This document shows, in pieces, positions 39,804 through 52,396 of a DNA stretch of 64,000 nucleotides. Source of the DNA: Vicugna vicugna (Eukaryota); assembly GCA_013265495.1 (NCBI GenBank), contig MU061578.1:4413308-4477307 (forward strand), given 5' to 3'. A program made the translations under genes and the position numbers. The notes under the pieces are model-generated. The model was not told where the DNA came from. It searched no databases and was given only the letters and a program-made list of their open reading frames with translations. The stretch's first letter is position 1; each line of letters begins with the position of its first letter.

Positions 39804-39945
39804 TGGGGGAGGGTATAGCTCAGTGGCAGACTGTGTGCCTAGCATGCATGAGATCCTGGGTTCAATCCCCAGTACCTCCATTAAAGATAAATAATAAAAA
39901 CCTAATTACCTCCCCAATAAAAAAAATAAGTAAATAATTTTTAAA
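39804..39945 (+). mobile_element. vic-1-type SINE
   Basis: gggggagggtatagctcagtgg...ccccagtacctcca...cctaattacctcccc followed by an A tail. Confidence 0.9.
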
Positions 39946-40014
39946 AACCACTAGCCTGGAAACAATGTTACTTCTCAAAGGTAGCTTGGATCACTCAGGA
40001 CTAATTTCACCTAA

Positions 40015-40666
40015 AAGGGAACCCACCTACACTGGTGACACTGGCGGGAATGTAGTTTAGTGAGGCCATTATGGAAAACAGTATGGAAATTCCTTTAAAA
40101 AACTAAAACTAGAGTTACCATATGATCCAGCAATCCTGCTCCTGGGCATATATCTGAAGAAAACTAATTTGAAAAGATATATGCACCCCAGTGTTCATAG
40201 CAGCACTACCATCTCTTTACAATAGCCAAGACATGGAAGCAACCTAAATGTCATTGACAGGTGACTGGATAAAGAAGCTGTGGTGTATATATACAATGGA
40301 ATACTACTCAGCCATAAAAAAGAATAAAATAATGCCATTTGCAGCCATATGGACGGACCTACAGATCATCATACTAAATGAAGGAGGCCAGAAAGAGAAA
40401 GAAAAATGCCATATGATAGCATTCATTTGTGGGTTAAAAAGTGACACAAATGAACTTATTTACAAAATAGAAATAGACTCACAGACATAGAAAACAAACT
40501 TATGGTTACCAGGGGAGAAAGAGGGTGAGGAGGGATAAATTGGGAGTTCGGCATTTGCAGCTATAAGCTGCCATATATAAAATAAACAACAAGGTCCTAC
40601 TATATAACACAGGGAACTATATTCAATACCTATTATAGCCTATAATGGAAAAGAATATGAAAAGGA

Positions 40667-40717
<51 letters not shown>

Positions 40718-40811
40718 CACACACACAACTGAATGACTATCCAGTGCACCAGAAATTAACACAGTATTGTAAATCAACTATACTTCAATTAAAATAAAAT
40801 TTTTAAAGAAA
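40015..40811 (+). mobile_element. Lineage-specific L1 3' end with 13-bp TSD and internal (TG)n
   Basis: TSD taatttcacctaa at 40002-40014 and 40812-40824. ORF 40248 ([18 protein letters not shown]) is the ORF2 C-terminus. (TG)n at about 40680-40714. Confidence 0.92.
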
Positions 40812-41214
40812 TAATTTCACCTAAGAATACATCTTGTACATTTATGCCCCAGAGGAAACTGTCATTAAGGTAACACACCTAGATTATTATCACTAATAGA
40901 TGGAGGTGTTTGGGCTGACCTCCATGTGGTGGAGGATTGTCATGCAATTAGCATGACTTTGGCACTGGGCATCTTCACTGGAAAGATGTAGAAATTTTGA
41001 TCAGAAACATGTGATAAGTATATAGAGGACTTCACTATTGTCTAAAGTCCAGGTGCAAAATGATTTTCAAAAATAATATTTTGTACATAAAAAAATTTCC
41101 GATCAAAATGTTCCTGTTCTTCACCATTACTTAACAAATGTTAGCACTTTCAATATACTGAGAGCCAATGTACCAGCTCTCTGATCTTTAGCAGTTTTCC
41201 GAACTAAACTTTCT

Positions 41215-41860
41215 CCTTTCAAATAATTTCAGATTTAAAGAGAAGTTGCAAAGATGGTATGGTGACTGCCCCCATACCCCTCTCCCAGTTTCCCACACTG
41301 AGAGCATCTTACATAACCGTGGTGTATTTGTCACTAAGAAACTAATAGTGGGACATTACTACTAACCAAACCCCAGGCTTGGCTTGGATTTCACCAGTTC
41401 TCCTATTATTTTCCTCTTTTTGTCCCTGGATAGCTTTTAGTCAGGATGCTTCCTTGGTCTCCTCTGATCTGTGAGGGGTCCTCAGTCTCCTTGTTTTTCA
41501 CGATCTTGACAGTCTGAAGAACTGCTCGTCAGGTATCATGTAGAATGTCCCCCAATCTGGGTTGTTTGATGTTTTCCTGTGATTAGACCGGAGCTATGGG
41601 TTTTGGGGAGCAACTCCATAGAGGTGAGGTGCTCTTCTCATTACAGCATATTGGGGTGCCTAACATCCTCATGATTCATTATGGATAACACTCACCTTGA
41701 TCACCTGATCAAGGTGTGTCTGCCAGTCTTCTCTACTAGAAAGTCACTATTTTTCCCTTTCTAGACTCTTTGGAAGTGAGTCACTAAGCCTAGCCCACCC
41801 TCAAGGGAGAGGAAGGTGGGAACTTCTTCTCATCTCCTAGGAAGGGAGAGCATACATTAT
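41215..41860 (-). mobile_element. Old L1MC-like 3' UTR
   Basis: aaataatttcagatttaaagagaagttgcaaa...ccttgatcacctgatcaaggt...gaagtgagtcactaag. Confidence 0.7.
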
Positions 41861-41984
41861 TAATTCTTCCTTCAGTAGTTTTTTAGGCAAAGTGATTACA
41901 CACCTTAATTTTTCTGCACATAATTAAGATAGTAGCTCCCCAGTAGACACAGCTAACTATACAGCTCAGTACAATTGCTCACAG

Positions 41985-43245
41985 CTCTATATTATAGAAA
42001 TGAGTAAGTTAATAAAGGTGTTGATGGTATTGGGAGACAAATACAGACTGGAGGGTGGGTTGGAAGTGGAGGTATCGGTGCAGACACATAACCTCTAAAA
42101 CAGGCACATGTGTGAATACAAGCATTTGTATATGTGTATATACCTATAGGTACATGAATGTGTCTGCATATGGGCATATTTATTTTCTAGCTCTGTCTGC
42201 TGAATGAGTTTCAAAACAAAAACACCCCAGCGAAAATGAGCACACCTAGAGCCCAGATCTTGGCATTTAACACCATTCCTCACTAATGGGAACCAAAGTG
42301 CCTTGGAAAAATGGCTGATTCCAGGACTGGGACAGGAAAGGCCAAGATGAGCCTGAAATATCTTATTATACTAGAAAGTAAGGAAGTGCTCCAAAAAAAA
42401 AGGCGCATGACTAACTGACAGAACCAGGAGCCAGCTTGGCAGGGCTCCCACTGATCACACTTGGGACAATTTGAGCACCAAGATAATTAAGAAATTGTAA
42501 ATAACCTATAATGGAAAAGAATTAAAAAAATATATATATTATATTATATATTTATACGATAAATCAACTATACTTCAATAAAAAATAAAAAGACAAAAAA
42601 AGAAGTTATAATACATTTGTTTTTAATAAATCATGAGGGCACACCAAAAATAAATACAGAAATAAATAAATGACAGAGAAAGGAGGGTTCTCACTTACAG
42701 TAGAAAGCCAGCTGCCCACTGGTATGTGTGAAGGGATGCTGCACTGGAAAATTTCCATCCTGCAACCATCATTATAAAGATTAAAAAAGCAAGAATCATT
42801 AATGGGTGTCAAATCTAGGAGGGGCAAGTTTCATGAGGTACACATTTAGGGCGTCTGCTCACAGATTGTTTATTTGGTTGCAAGGGGAAAACAGTGATCT
42901 ACAGAGCGTCTCACACAGACAACTTGACATGAGCAACCGAAAATCACATCCCCAGCCAGGGGCAGCTGGGGCTGCGGGGCTCCACTTGTGACACCCTGCA
43001 AAGGCCACAACAACACCTGCGTCTAATCACAAGGAAATCTCAGAAACCCCTAAATGAGAAACATTCTATTTCTTGTCATGGGGGTGGGCTATAGTCTACA
43101 AAAATGTCCACATCATGAAAGATGAGAAAAGCAGATGAATTGTTCCAGATTAAAGGAAATTAAAGAGACGCAACAACTAAATGCCAAATGAGACACTGGC
43201 CTGGGAAAAAAATGCCAAAAAGTACATATTGGGTCAAACAAAATT
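41985..43245 (+). mobile_element. Old L1MC-like 3' UTR with a short young L1 tail nested at about 42500-42600
   Basis: gggaaccaaagtgccttggaaaaatggctgattccagg...ccagattaaaggaaattaaagagac. The nested piece is aacctataatggaaaagaa...aaatcaactatacttcaataaaaa. Confidence 0.7.
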
Positions 43246-44033
43246 TCAAAAGTGAGCATTATTCATTTGAAGACAGTATGATGACTGCACTGCATGCTAA
43301 CACAAATACAGTCTTAGTCATCATGAATTAGCTTTGACCGCGCAGACCCCTGAGAGAAGTGCTGTCCTAAAATAAGTGTCAGTTTGTTCCAGAATATGAG
43401 AGCACATAATAAAAGACAATACTTGAAAAGTGGATTTTATCTGCCTTGATTTACAATACCTGGGTCTAGAATAAGCTACAGAAGTTGATAAAATTTTAGC
43501 CAAGTTTGCTCAACCTCACTGGGCCTCCTTAGTTTACTGACTAATGTCTCCTGCAATGTGAACATTATTCCTTACTTTTTTTAACCAGAATAAATGTCTG
43601 TGCTCTGTGTCTACTTTATTAATTATTTAAGGGGAAAACCAAACCCCAAAGGTACTTCACTTATAAAAGAGCTTAAGTTCTTTGCCATCGCATTGCTTTT
43701 TGTGTTTATTATTATAATTTTTATTTCCACTTTGGTTAAATAGGTAACCAAGGACTGTTTCTCAGACACTTGGATCCCATCCTAACCAAGCATCCAAATC
43801 TCTGCTAATAACGTTTTGATTTTTCCTTTCCCCAAATGGGATCCCACATGTAGAAAAAACAAAGTAAAACTTTCAGAATATCTTTTTCACCTCAAACCAT
43901 GTTTACAATTTTCCAGCGGGCTCCCTCAAAAGTCACGAAGTTTTGTTCTTTTGCCTTAAAGCAGCAGATGCCAGAAGTCGGTTTGTTTCTTGTGTTACTA
44001 GCATTAAGAGTTGCATGGGAAGAGATGTATGGT

Positions 44034-44756
44034 TGAAGCAGAGCAGGACCCTTTGGGGCCTTCCCAGGACAGACCATCCCTCGGCATGTCCTCTGCCTGC
44101 CTCTTGTCTGTAGAAAAACTTTAGTCAAAGAGTAAGTTTAATTAGAGAAATAAGAAAATACAGAAACAAAGGGAAATAGTCAAGCAAAACAATAATAGTT
44201 TAGTCATTAAAGCCAAGGACCTTTAGTTCCTTCTCAAGGGCTCTAGATAAAATTCTAAGCCATATCCTTTGAGTTGTCTTGTAGATACGGAAAGAAACCA
44301 GCCTGCCCCCAGCCCCCAAGTAGAAATGGTTAACTACACGATGACCAGACTGTAGCCATGGCATAAACTGCCACAATTCCGAGAACTGGCCTCGAAGAAA
44401 TGGGAACATACTGACCCTGGAACTGAAGATTAACTGTACTTAAAACAATTAAGATGATACTGATCAGACCACCGCATGACCAATTTCAGGATGACTATTG
44501 GAGCTGACTGTGCGGTTCTGCATGTAGCCCCCTCCCTCTGCCTGTGCACCCCTGAAACTCCCCTTTAAAAGCTCTTGTCCACTGATTGTTCAGGGTGGGC
44601 GTAGGAAGAGAATTGGCCTTTGGACAGGAGTCTGCCCCCCTCTTCCCCTTCCAGATGCTGGCCTCTGGAATAAAGCAAACTTTCCTGACTACCAACATGT
44701 GTCTGTCTTGGTATTGGCCTTTGAGCCTCGAGCAGCCGGACTGAGTTTCAGTAACA
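44034..44756 (+). mobile_element. ERV1-type solo LTR
   Basis: Start tgaagcagagcaggaccctttggggccttcc is homologous to 17179; AATAAA near 44669; end gagtttcagtaaca. No clear TSD. Confidence 0.85.
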
Positions 44757-45589
44757 CAATCAGAAGAGACCCTCAGCCTGCTGCAGGTTAAGTTTGTAGA
44801 GGCAAATGTTATTAATATAAGTATTTCAGAAATGCTGTGCTGTGTGGGAGCCTCTCGTGGATCCTTGTTAATGTCCTTGCTTCCCAGGCTAGTTGTTAAC
44901 GCCAGTGAAAGTACTGATCACAATAATTCTGTCATGTTTCCTGATTCATCAGCATCCTGGGGGTACTTTGCCTCTGTTTGTCAACAAGGGAATAGAGTTA
45001 TCAGTCACAAGTTCAGTTACCATTTAGAATATTTACATGGCCTCAACCTAACTTCTTTCACTTGAATCTAGCATCTTCTAGGCAGGAGATTCTCAACAGG
45101 TGATTGCACATCAGAGTTATTCAGGAAGTTTTATAAGAATATAGACACATCGTCTCCAGACTTACTGAATCTCTCTACTTGATGTTGCTTGTTTAAAAAA
45201 AATTATGTCTAAGGATAATTGTATATTCTATCTTGAGATGTTTTTTCCTTTATAAAAATTATGTCCTTTCACTTTTATAAGTCAGATGTAATATTCAATG
45301 ACTTCTTCAAAAATAGGCTTAATCATTAGCTTTAGAGACATTTTGTCTGGAAAAAAAAATTGGGGGGATGGTTTATTATCTTGTTTTGCATGCCCCAGAA
45401 ACAACCAGATTTCCTCAGTAGTTGCATTTTTCTTATTTTGAACTCTCATCAGACCTTCCAGACTTGAAAATTAGCATTAATAAATTAACCAGAGCCACTA
45501 AGTCTCAGCGTCTACAGATAGTTTTTGTTTCACTCTGATGCTTGTGTGGATGCCTTGCTATAAGCTATGGGCCAGAGCTTGTGTCTGTA

Positions 45590-47088
45590 ACAAGGAAGGA
45601 ATCACCTGGAAAAAGGACTGTAGCAGGTTCTTTGAAATTGTTGACGCTTCACAGAAGAAACTCGAGAACAGTCTTCTGATCTGAGGCTGCTCAAACAACT
45701 TTCAGATAACAGTAGTCTGAGTTAGGATTTCCAGACTCTGTTACTTGAGAAGCAGAAGGCTTCATGAAACCCCAGGTTCAGGAGAACAAGAATTAATCAC
45801 CTAGGATTAACAGAACTGAGAGGGAAATATTATTACAGTTCTTTGTTTGGAATATGGTTAATGGATTTCTAATACTCTGCTTTTGGGATATGTAAGGAAT
45901 CCTTTTCTCTTCTTAAGCAATCTGTAATCCACAGAAATTCAGCAAAACTCTGCTTTCCTAAGCTGATGTGAAACATTTAAAAATGACTTATGATTTTCAC
46001 TGAATTCAGAAACTTTTACTTTTCATGACAACATATTTCATTGCACAAGTTCAATAAGAATCTGTCTTACTTTTCACCAGGACATAATTGGATACATTGC
46101 TGTACATAAAAGGATGTACTGGAGGGTAAGACCAGCCACTTTAAGGGAGAAAAGTTGGTTTTACTTGTAAATCCATCCCAGGAAAATGGCCCTGGTACCA
46201 GGTCTACTGGGGTAAGGAAGGACGTTCTGAGCAGCCCTTAATAAGAGAGGAATCTGCCCAGATGTATAGGTCCTACAAATGAAATCTGGTGGAGAGAGCT
46301 TCTTGGGCTTGGTTTCCACATCTCGGGAAATACAGGCTGTTGAAAGTCCAATCTGAGATTCCTCACAGAGACATCCAGCAAAGCAAACTCAAGAAGGCTT
46401 CTGTGGTGAATCAACACTCTAGCCAAACCTGTACAAATAACCAGGCCAAATCTAATGAGACTAGCCTATTTCCTGATCAAGAACAGTTGTTCTTTGAGGT
46501 TATTAGGATCCTGGGGAGCAGGAAATGTGAAAGGAAAATCAAAATGGAGTTGGTATTGCTAAGAGAGCTCTTAAGGAGGCCACTGAGGAAGTGTGATAGA
46601 ATCTGATCTTTTGACCACTTACTGTCCTAACAAAGACACCCAGGACATCTGCCGGAAACGCAAGACACTTGTTGGTCCCTCAGCCTAAAACAACTCATGA
46701 CAGCCATCCCTCAAGAACATATATTTCCTTTCTTGTGTCACAGCACAGTCTCATGGATTTTGCCTTTGCAAGTCCCTGACTCTTTCTCTTCCCTGGAACA
46801 TTCTCCATTTTACCCAAATCTGTGTTTCCTAAATTGCAATTCTCTCTGCTTGGAGCCCACCTGGCCACCCATTCCTGCTCACCCAACTCGCCTGGGTAGG
46901 TCACAGAGCCTGCTCTTCCTTGGACCCTGCCAGCCCTTGGGGGCCAGGGACCCCCTGCTGCCCATCCCCACCTCAGCATCCACAACTAATTCAAAAAAGC
47001 GTTCCAGTCCCCCAGCTGAAAGCCCCCTGAAAAGAGGGTTTGTGATTTGCTCTAATGACATGCAAGCATCCTCATCCCTGAAATAACA
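45590..47088 (+). mobile_element. Degenerate ERV1 internal 3' region plus 3' LTR (46526-47088)
   Basis: Internal-like text (aaagtccaatctgagattcc...cagcaaagcaaact), then a purine tract ggggagcaggaaa immediately before TGTGAAAGGAAAATCAAAATGG...AATAACA. Confidence 0.7.
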
Positions 47089-47855
47089 GAGACCTGCTTT
47101 GATGTCTGCAGGGCCGGGAGGCCACACACTCAGTCAGACCATCCTGCTACTTACAGTTTCCTTCCCTGGGGTGGGTGCCCAGGCTACCATGACCCCACGG
47201 GCCCACCATCCCTCTGGTCCCTCTCAGGAGCAGCACCGAGCCAAACACTTCATTGACATAGAACATGATTAAGCACCACTGACTGCCCCCCATGCACAAC
47301 ATCATGGGCTGAGCAAATGGGACGATCTGCTAGAGAACATCCCAGATGTTCTGGAGGCCTGCAGGGCTTCAGACTGAGGTGGGTTTCTCTGCCAAAACTC
47401 TTCCGTGACTCAGCTCTACAAAGCTTTACTGAGCACAGACCCTGGGTCAGGCCCTGGGCTGGGCTCTAGGATGAAAGCCAGACACATGATCCCTGCCCTC
47501 AAGTCACTGCCACAGAGCCTTGTCCTGTGAGGTCTCAGGGGATAGCTCTCACCAGCTGGGAGGGAAGGGTTTCAGGAACTGGCCTCAGTCCATCCAGCAG
47601 CAGAATGGGCCACTGTGGGAAGCTCTGGAGTGAGGGACCCATCTCTGAAGGTGTGCTAGCAGCCAGCAGACCTTCGCCCACTAGGCCAGAGATGTAGGAA
47701 GAACATTCCCACACGGAAGACTGGTGAATGTCATCACTTCAACAGGCTGTGCCCATTAGGTTTTATTTCTTTATACACTTTTTTTTTAAAGCCTTACGTT
47801 ATGTACCAGAGAAGAGTCAGAACAAAGCAGATATTAGCAACAAGAAATACCCTCC

Positions 47856-49665
47856 TTGGAAATAAATCTAACCAAGGAGGTGAAAGAATTATACACAGAA
47901 AACTATAAACCATTGATGAAGAAAATTAAAGAAGACTTTAAAAAATGGAAAGATATCCCATGCTCTTGGGTTGGAAGAATCAATATTGTTAAAATGGTCA
48001 CACTGCCCAAGGCAATCTACAGATTTAATGCAATCCCTATCAAATTACCCAGGACATATTTCACAGAACTAGAACAAATCATAATAAAATTTATATGGAA
48101 CCATCAAAGACCTAGAATTGCCAAAGCATTACTGAAGAGAAAGAAAGAGGCTGGAGGAATAACTCTCCCAGACTTCAGACAATACTATAGAGCTACAGTC
48201 ATCAAGACAGCATGGTATTGGTACCAAAACAGACATATAGACCAATGGAACAGAATAGAGAGCCCAGAAATGAACCCACAAACTTTTGGTCAACTCATCT
48301 TCGACAAAGGAGGCAAGAATATACAATGGAATAAAGACAGTCTCTTCAGCAAATGGTGTTGGGAAAACTGGACAGCAGCATGTAAAACAATGCAACTAGA
48401 ACACTCCCTTACACCATATACAAAAATCAACTCAAAATGGATCAAAGACTTAAACATAAGACAAGATACAATAAACCTCCTAGAGGAAAATATAGGCAAA
48501 ACATTATCTGACATACATCTCAAAAATTTTCTCCTAGAAGAAGTAAAAGCAAGAATAAACAAATGGGACCTAATGAAACTTACAAGCTTCTGCACAGCAA
48601 AGGAAACCATAAGTAAAACAAAAAGACAACCTACGGAATGGGAGAAAATCTTTGCAAATGAAACCAACAAAGGCTTGATCTCCAGAATATACAAGCAGCT
48701 CATATGACTTAATAAGAAACAACCAAACAACCCAATCCAAAGATGGGCAAAAGACGTGTACAAGCAATTCTCCAAGGAATACATACAAATGATCAATAAG
48801 CACATGAAAAATGCTCAATATCACTAATTATCAGAGAAATGCAAATCAAAACTACAATGAGGTATCACCTCACACCAGTCAGAATGGCCATCATTCAAAA
48901 ATCCACAAATGACAAATGCTGGAGAGGCTGTGGAGAAAGGGGAACCCTCCTACACTGCTGGTGGGAATGCAGTTTGGAGCAGCCACTATGGAAAACAGTA
49001 TGGAGATCCCTCAAAAGAGTAGGAGTAGACTTACCGTATGACCCAGGAATCCCACTCCTGGGCTTATATCCAGAAGGAACCCTACTTCAGGATGACCCCT
49101 GCACCCCAATGTTCATAGAAGCACTATTTACAATAGCCAAGACATGGAAACAGCCTAAATGTCCATCAATGGATGACTGGATAAAAAAGATGTGGTATAT
49201 TTATACAATGGAATACTATTCAGCCATAAAAACCGACAACATAACGCCATTTGCAGCAACATGGATGTTCCTGGAGAATGTCATTCTAAGTGAAGTAAGC
49301 CAGAAAGAGAAAGAAAAATACCATATGAGATCGCTCATATGTGGAATCTAAAAAAAAAAAAAAAGCATAAATACAAAACAGAAATAGACTCATAGACATA
49401 GAATACAAACTTGTAGTTGCCAAGGGGGTGGAGGGTGGGAAGGGAATAGACAGGATTTTAAAATTGTAGAATAGATAAACAAGATTATACTGTAAAGCAC
49501 AGGGAAATATACACAAGATCTTATGGTCGCTGACAGAGAAAAAAATGTGACAATGTATATATATATATGTATATGTTCATGTATAACTGAAAAATTGTGC
49601 TCTACACTGGAATTTGACATAACATTGTAAAATGATTATAAATCAATAAAAAATGTAAAAAAAAA
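47856..49665 (+). mobile_element. Young 5'-truncated L1 (about 1.8 kb; ORF2 C-terminal part and 3' UTR)
   Basis: ORFs 47856..48707 (283 aa) and 48839..49351 are L1 ORF2, including the [18 protein letters not shown]ys-rich motif. They are broken by stop/frameshift; AATAAA and an A tail follow. Confidence 0.96.
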
Positions 49666-50234
49666 GTAATACTCTCTTAATTCTCTGCATACATAACCCA
49701 GATGATCTCAAAGCACACATGGTGTGAGCTCGCTTGGAAAGGCACAGAAACTGACATTTCACAATGGTCCCCAAAGGTGTGAAAACCCCCAGACCTCGAT
49801 GCTGGCTGGAAGGTCTGCGTGCTGAGGGTGATTGGCGTCAATCAATGGGGACTGTGTTTGTGTCTCGCTCTCAATACCTGATGTGTTTGTTGTAATTGGT
49901 TTCCCAGCCAGCCCTGCAGTCTTTGTTAATTGCACGCATTCCTTGACAAAAATGACATGCCTGTGGCAGTGACATGGGCTTGAAGACCCGGGTGCCTTTT
50001 GATCTAACCCTGAAGTCACATTTTTGACCAGAACCTAAGACAAGTGTGGAGCCCGCAGAGCCCACAATCATGTAATTGTATCACCTTGACGTGACAGTTT
50101 TCTCAGGTCCGCTAACCCACAACAGACTTTAGAAAGACTGCCTGAAGACCTCTGGCAGTTTGAGTTTAATTCTGCAGAAAAAAGGGAAAAGGCCGCTCAG
50201 AAAATTTCTGGAATTCCAGCCAAATGCTCAATGC

Positions 50235-50887
50235 ATCAATGATGATAAAATGAGTGGGTGAAATTTTAAGAAGAAACAGAATATGTGTATGATTCCAAAG
50301 TACCTCCCCCCCAAATATTTGTTAATTACCATGGGAAAAATAGTAACTTTAGGTGGCAAACACCACCCTAACCAGGTGACAGAGGTTCACAGCGCCAGGA
50401 ATGAGACACATCAATGGCATGAGAGGCTGATGTGATGTAGTGAAGGGCATCCACCTCTGGGATTCTCCCCCAAATCCATAACCTCGATCTAGTCATCAGA
50501 ATGCATCAGAGATACCCAATTTGAGAAACTTTCTACCAAACCCATGAACTCTGTTCTCCAAAAGGTTCAAGGTCATAAACAGAAAAGAAAGACTGAAAAA
50601 CTATCACAGATCAGAGATGAAGAAACATGACAACCACAGGCAACAGGGAGCCCCAGGACAGAGAAAGGAAGCACTGATGACAACTGAACAGTCTGTCCTG
50701 TGTGTGGTGCCCATGATGATTTCTTGGTTTTGGTCGCTGTACTTGGTTATGTAAGATGTTGACATTAGAAGGAAAAAGCTGGGTGAGAGGTTACATGGGA
50801 ACTCCTGGAACTATCTCTGCAATTCTTCTGCAAGGCTAAAATTATTTCGTAATAAAAAGTTTGTCAAATGTAAAAAAAAAAAAAAAA
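50235..50887 (+). mobile_element. Old L1MC-like 3' UTR
   Basis: gattccaaagtacctccccc...gttatgtaagatgttgacattag...atgggaactc...aataaaaagtt. Confidence 0.7.
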
Positions 50888-51944
50888 GTTCAGCCCTCTC
50901 CCCACCTAAGCTGCCACACTCCAGTCAGGCCACTTCTTGGGGAAGCAGGCTACCCCCAGCTGTCAGTCGTCTTCCTGCATTTCATTCTTATAACTGTTAA
51001 ATCAACAGCTACATCTTCATAGTAAATAATTGTGTCAGTGGTATTTTAATGGTCTCCTGCATTCATGTTGTCAGGAGCACTTTTGTCAGCAGAGCAAAAC
51101 CATTGATTTTCTGCCCATCCATCCAAGGCACAAACGGACGTGTTGCCTGCAGCCTAGGATCAGAGCTAGAGGGACAAACATCAGGACCCAGAACTCTCCT
51201 CCCAGCACTGGTGCCTACAAGCAGCAGATAAAGTATTTTATCTCCACTGAATCACATTCCATTGAGGTTAACTTACAGGGCAGAAAGGGTTAAGCCCCTT
51301 CAATCCAGGAGAACTTGGGGAATCCCAGTAGGGTGTGCTCTGCTGTTTTTTTTTTTTTTTTTCCTGGGGTCTAAGCCCGGAAGCAAGTGAGCAATGTCAC
51401 AGAGAGAACGCAGGGTACCTACCAGCAATGTGCCTGCGTTGCCAGGAAGGCAGCTCAGCCAGCGCTGAGTCCTGAGCAGCTGAGAGCTCTTGGCTGGCGG
51501 ATGCAAGTGTTCTCAAGACTGACTGTGAATCGTAGCTTCCAATTGTAGTAGTTCCCTAATGACACAGTAGTATTGTTCTTAATCGCTTTTAAGACAGGAC
51601 CTGTGTGTGCATGCTGTGTAGGTAAAAATAAATGGTGCGTGTCCCTGGGGAGAGGAAAAGAACTGAACAGGCAGGGTTTGTGAGACACGCTGCCCTCCAA
51701 AGTGCAGCTCGACATCGGCAACAACCCCAGGCAGCTCCAAAGGACCGGCAGCGAGCTGAGCCAACCACAAATATTTGCTCAGGTGAATACAATTTAGTAG
51801 AGGACGTCAATTGAAGCATTCAGATGAGAGGGGAGGAGAGAAATGGTCCCACTGGGCTCCACCCCTCAGGCATCCAAAGGGAAGCAGCTGCAGCCCGTGT
51901 TCCTGCATTGGTCCAGCGGGTTCCTGACTCAAGGTCTGCCCCCG

Positions 51945-52396
51945 TGAACCAACCATAGACAGGTTTTGGCCCCCACCACTAAGGTCCCCAGTGGCCTTAA
52001 ATGTAAGTCTCCAAATTATGATCCAGTATTATGTACTGCCTTGACATCTGAAACCAGGAAGGCTTTGAATAGCGAGGCTGCAAGTTCCCCTCCCAACTCA
52101 GCTTCCACAGATAGGGTACCCTAGCCAAACAGCACCCCCTTACCAAAGGGAGCACAGCCCCTGACCATCCATTAGCAGTGGGCTTCAGTCCCCGCCAGCC
52201 CACAGGATTACTCAAGCAAGCCCGTCACATCCTCTTGCGGGAACCAGGAGGCACCCTGCCCTCTTGTTACTACACAGCCTCCTCCCACCTCCCCTGTTTG
52301 TTCCCGAGTGCAGCCCCCGTGGGCAGGGCATGCGTGGTGTGCAACACATTCCTTCCCTGGGCTGTGAGTGTGTGTGAGACTAATAAACTGCTGTTC
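51945..52396 (+). mobile_element. ERV1-type LTR, 3' end lost at the L1 junction
   Basis: tgaaccaaccatagacagg...gctgtgagtgtgtgtgagactAATAAActgctg, followed directly by L1 ORF2 sequence. Confidence 0.65.

Noticed and set aside
39804..39880. tRNA-Ala(AGC)-like genes here and at about ten other sites
   Set aside because: Each has a G-rich leader and usually a cctaatta/A tail, often with a TSD, plus CpG decay in the stems. They are SINE copies, not tRNA genes.
47856..49351. Intact or domesticated L1 ORF2
   Set aside because: 5'-truncated (no ORF1, endonuclease or RT core) and interrupted between 48707 and 48839; an ordinary dead copy.
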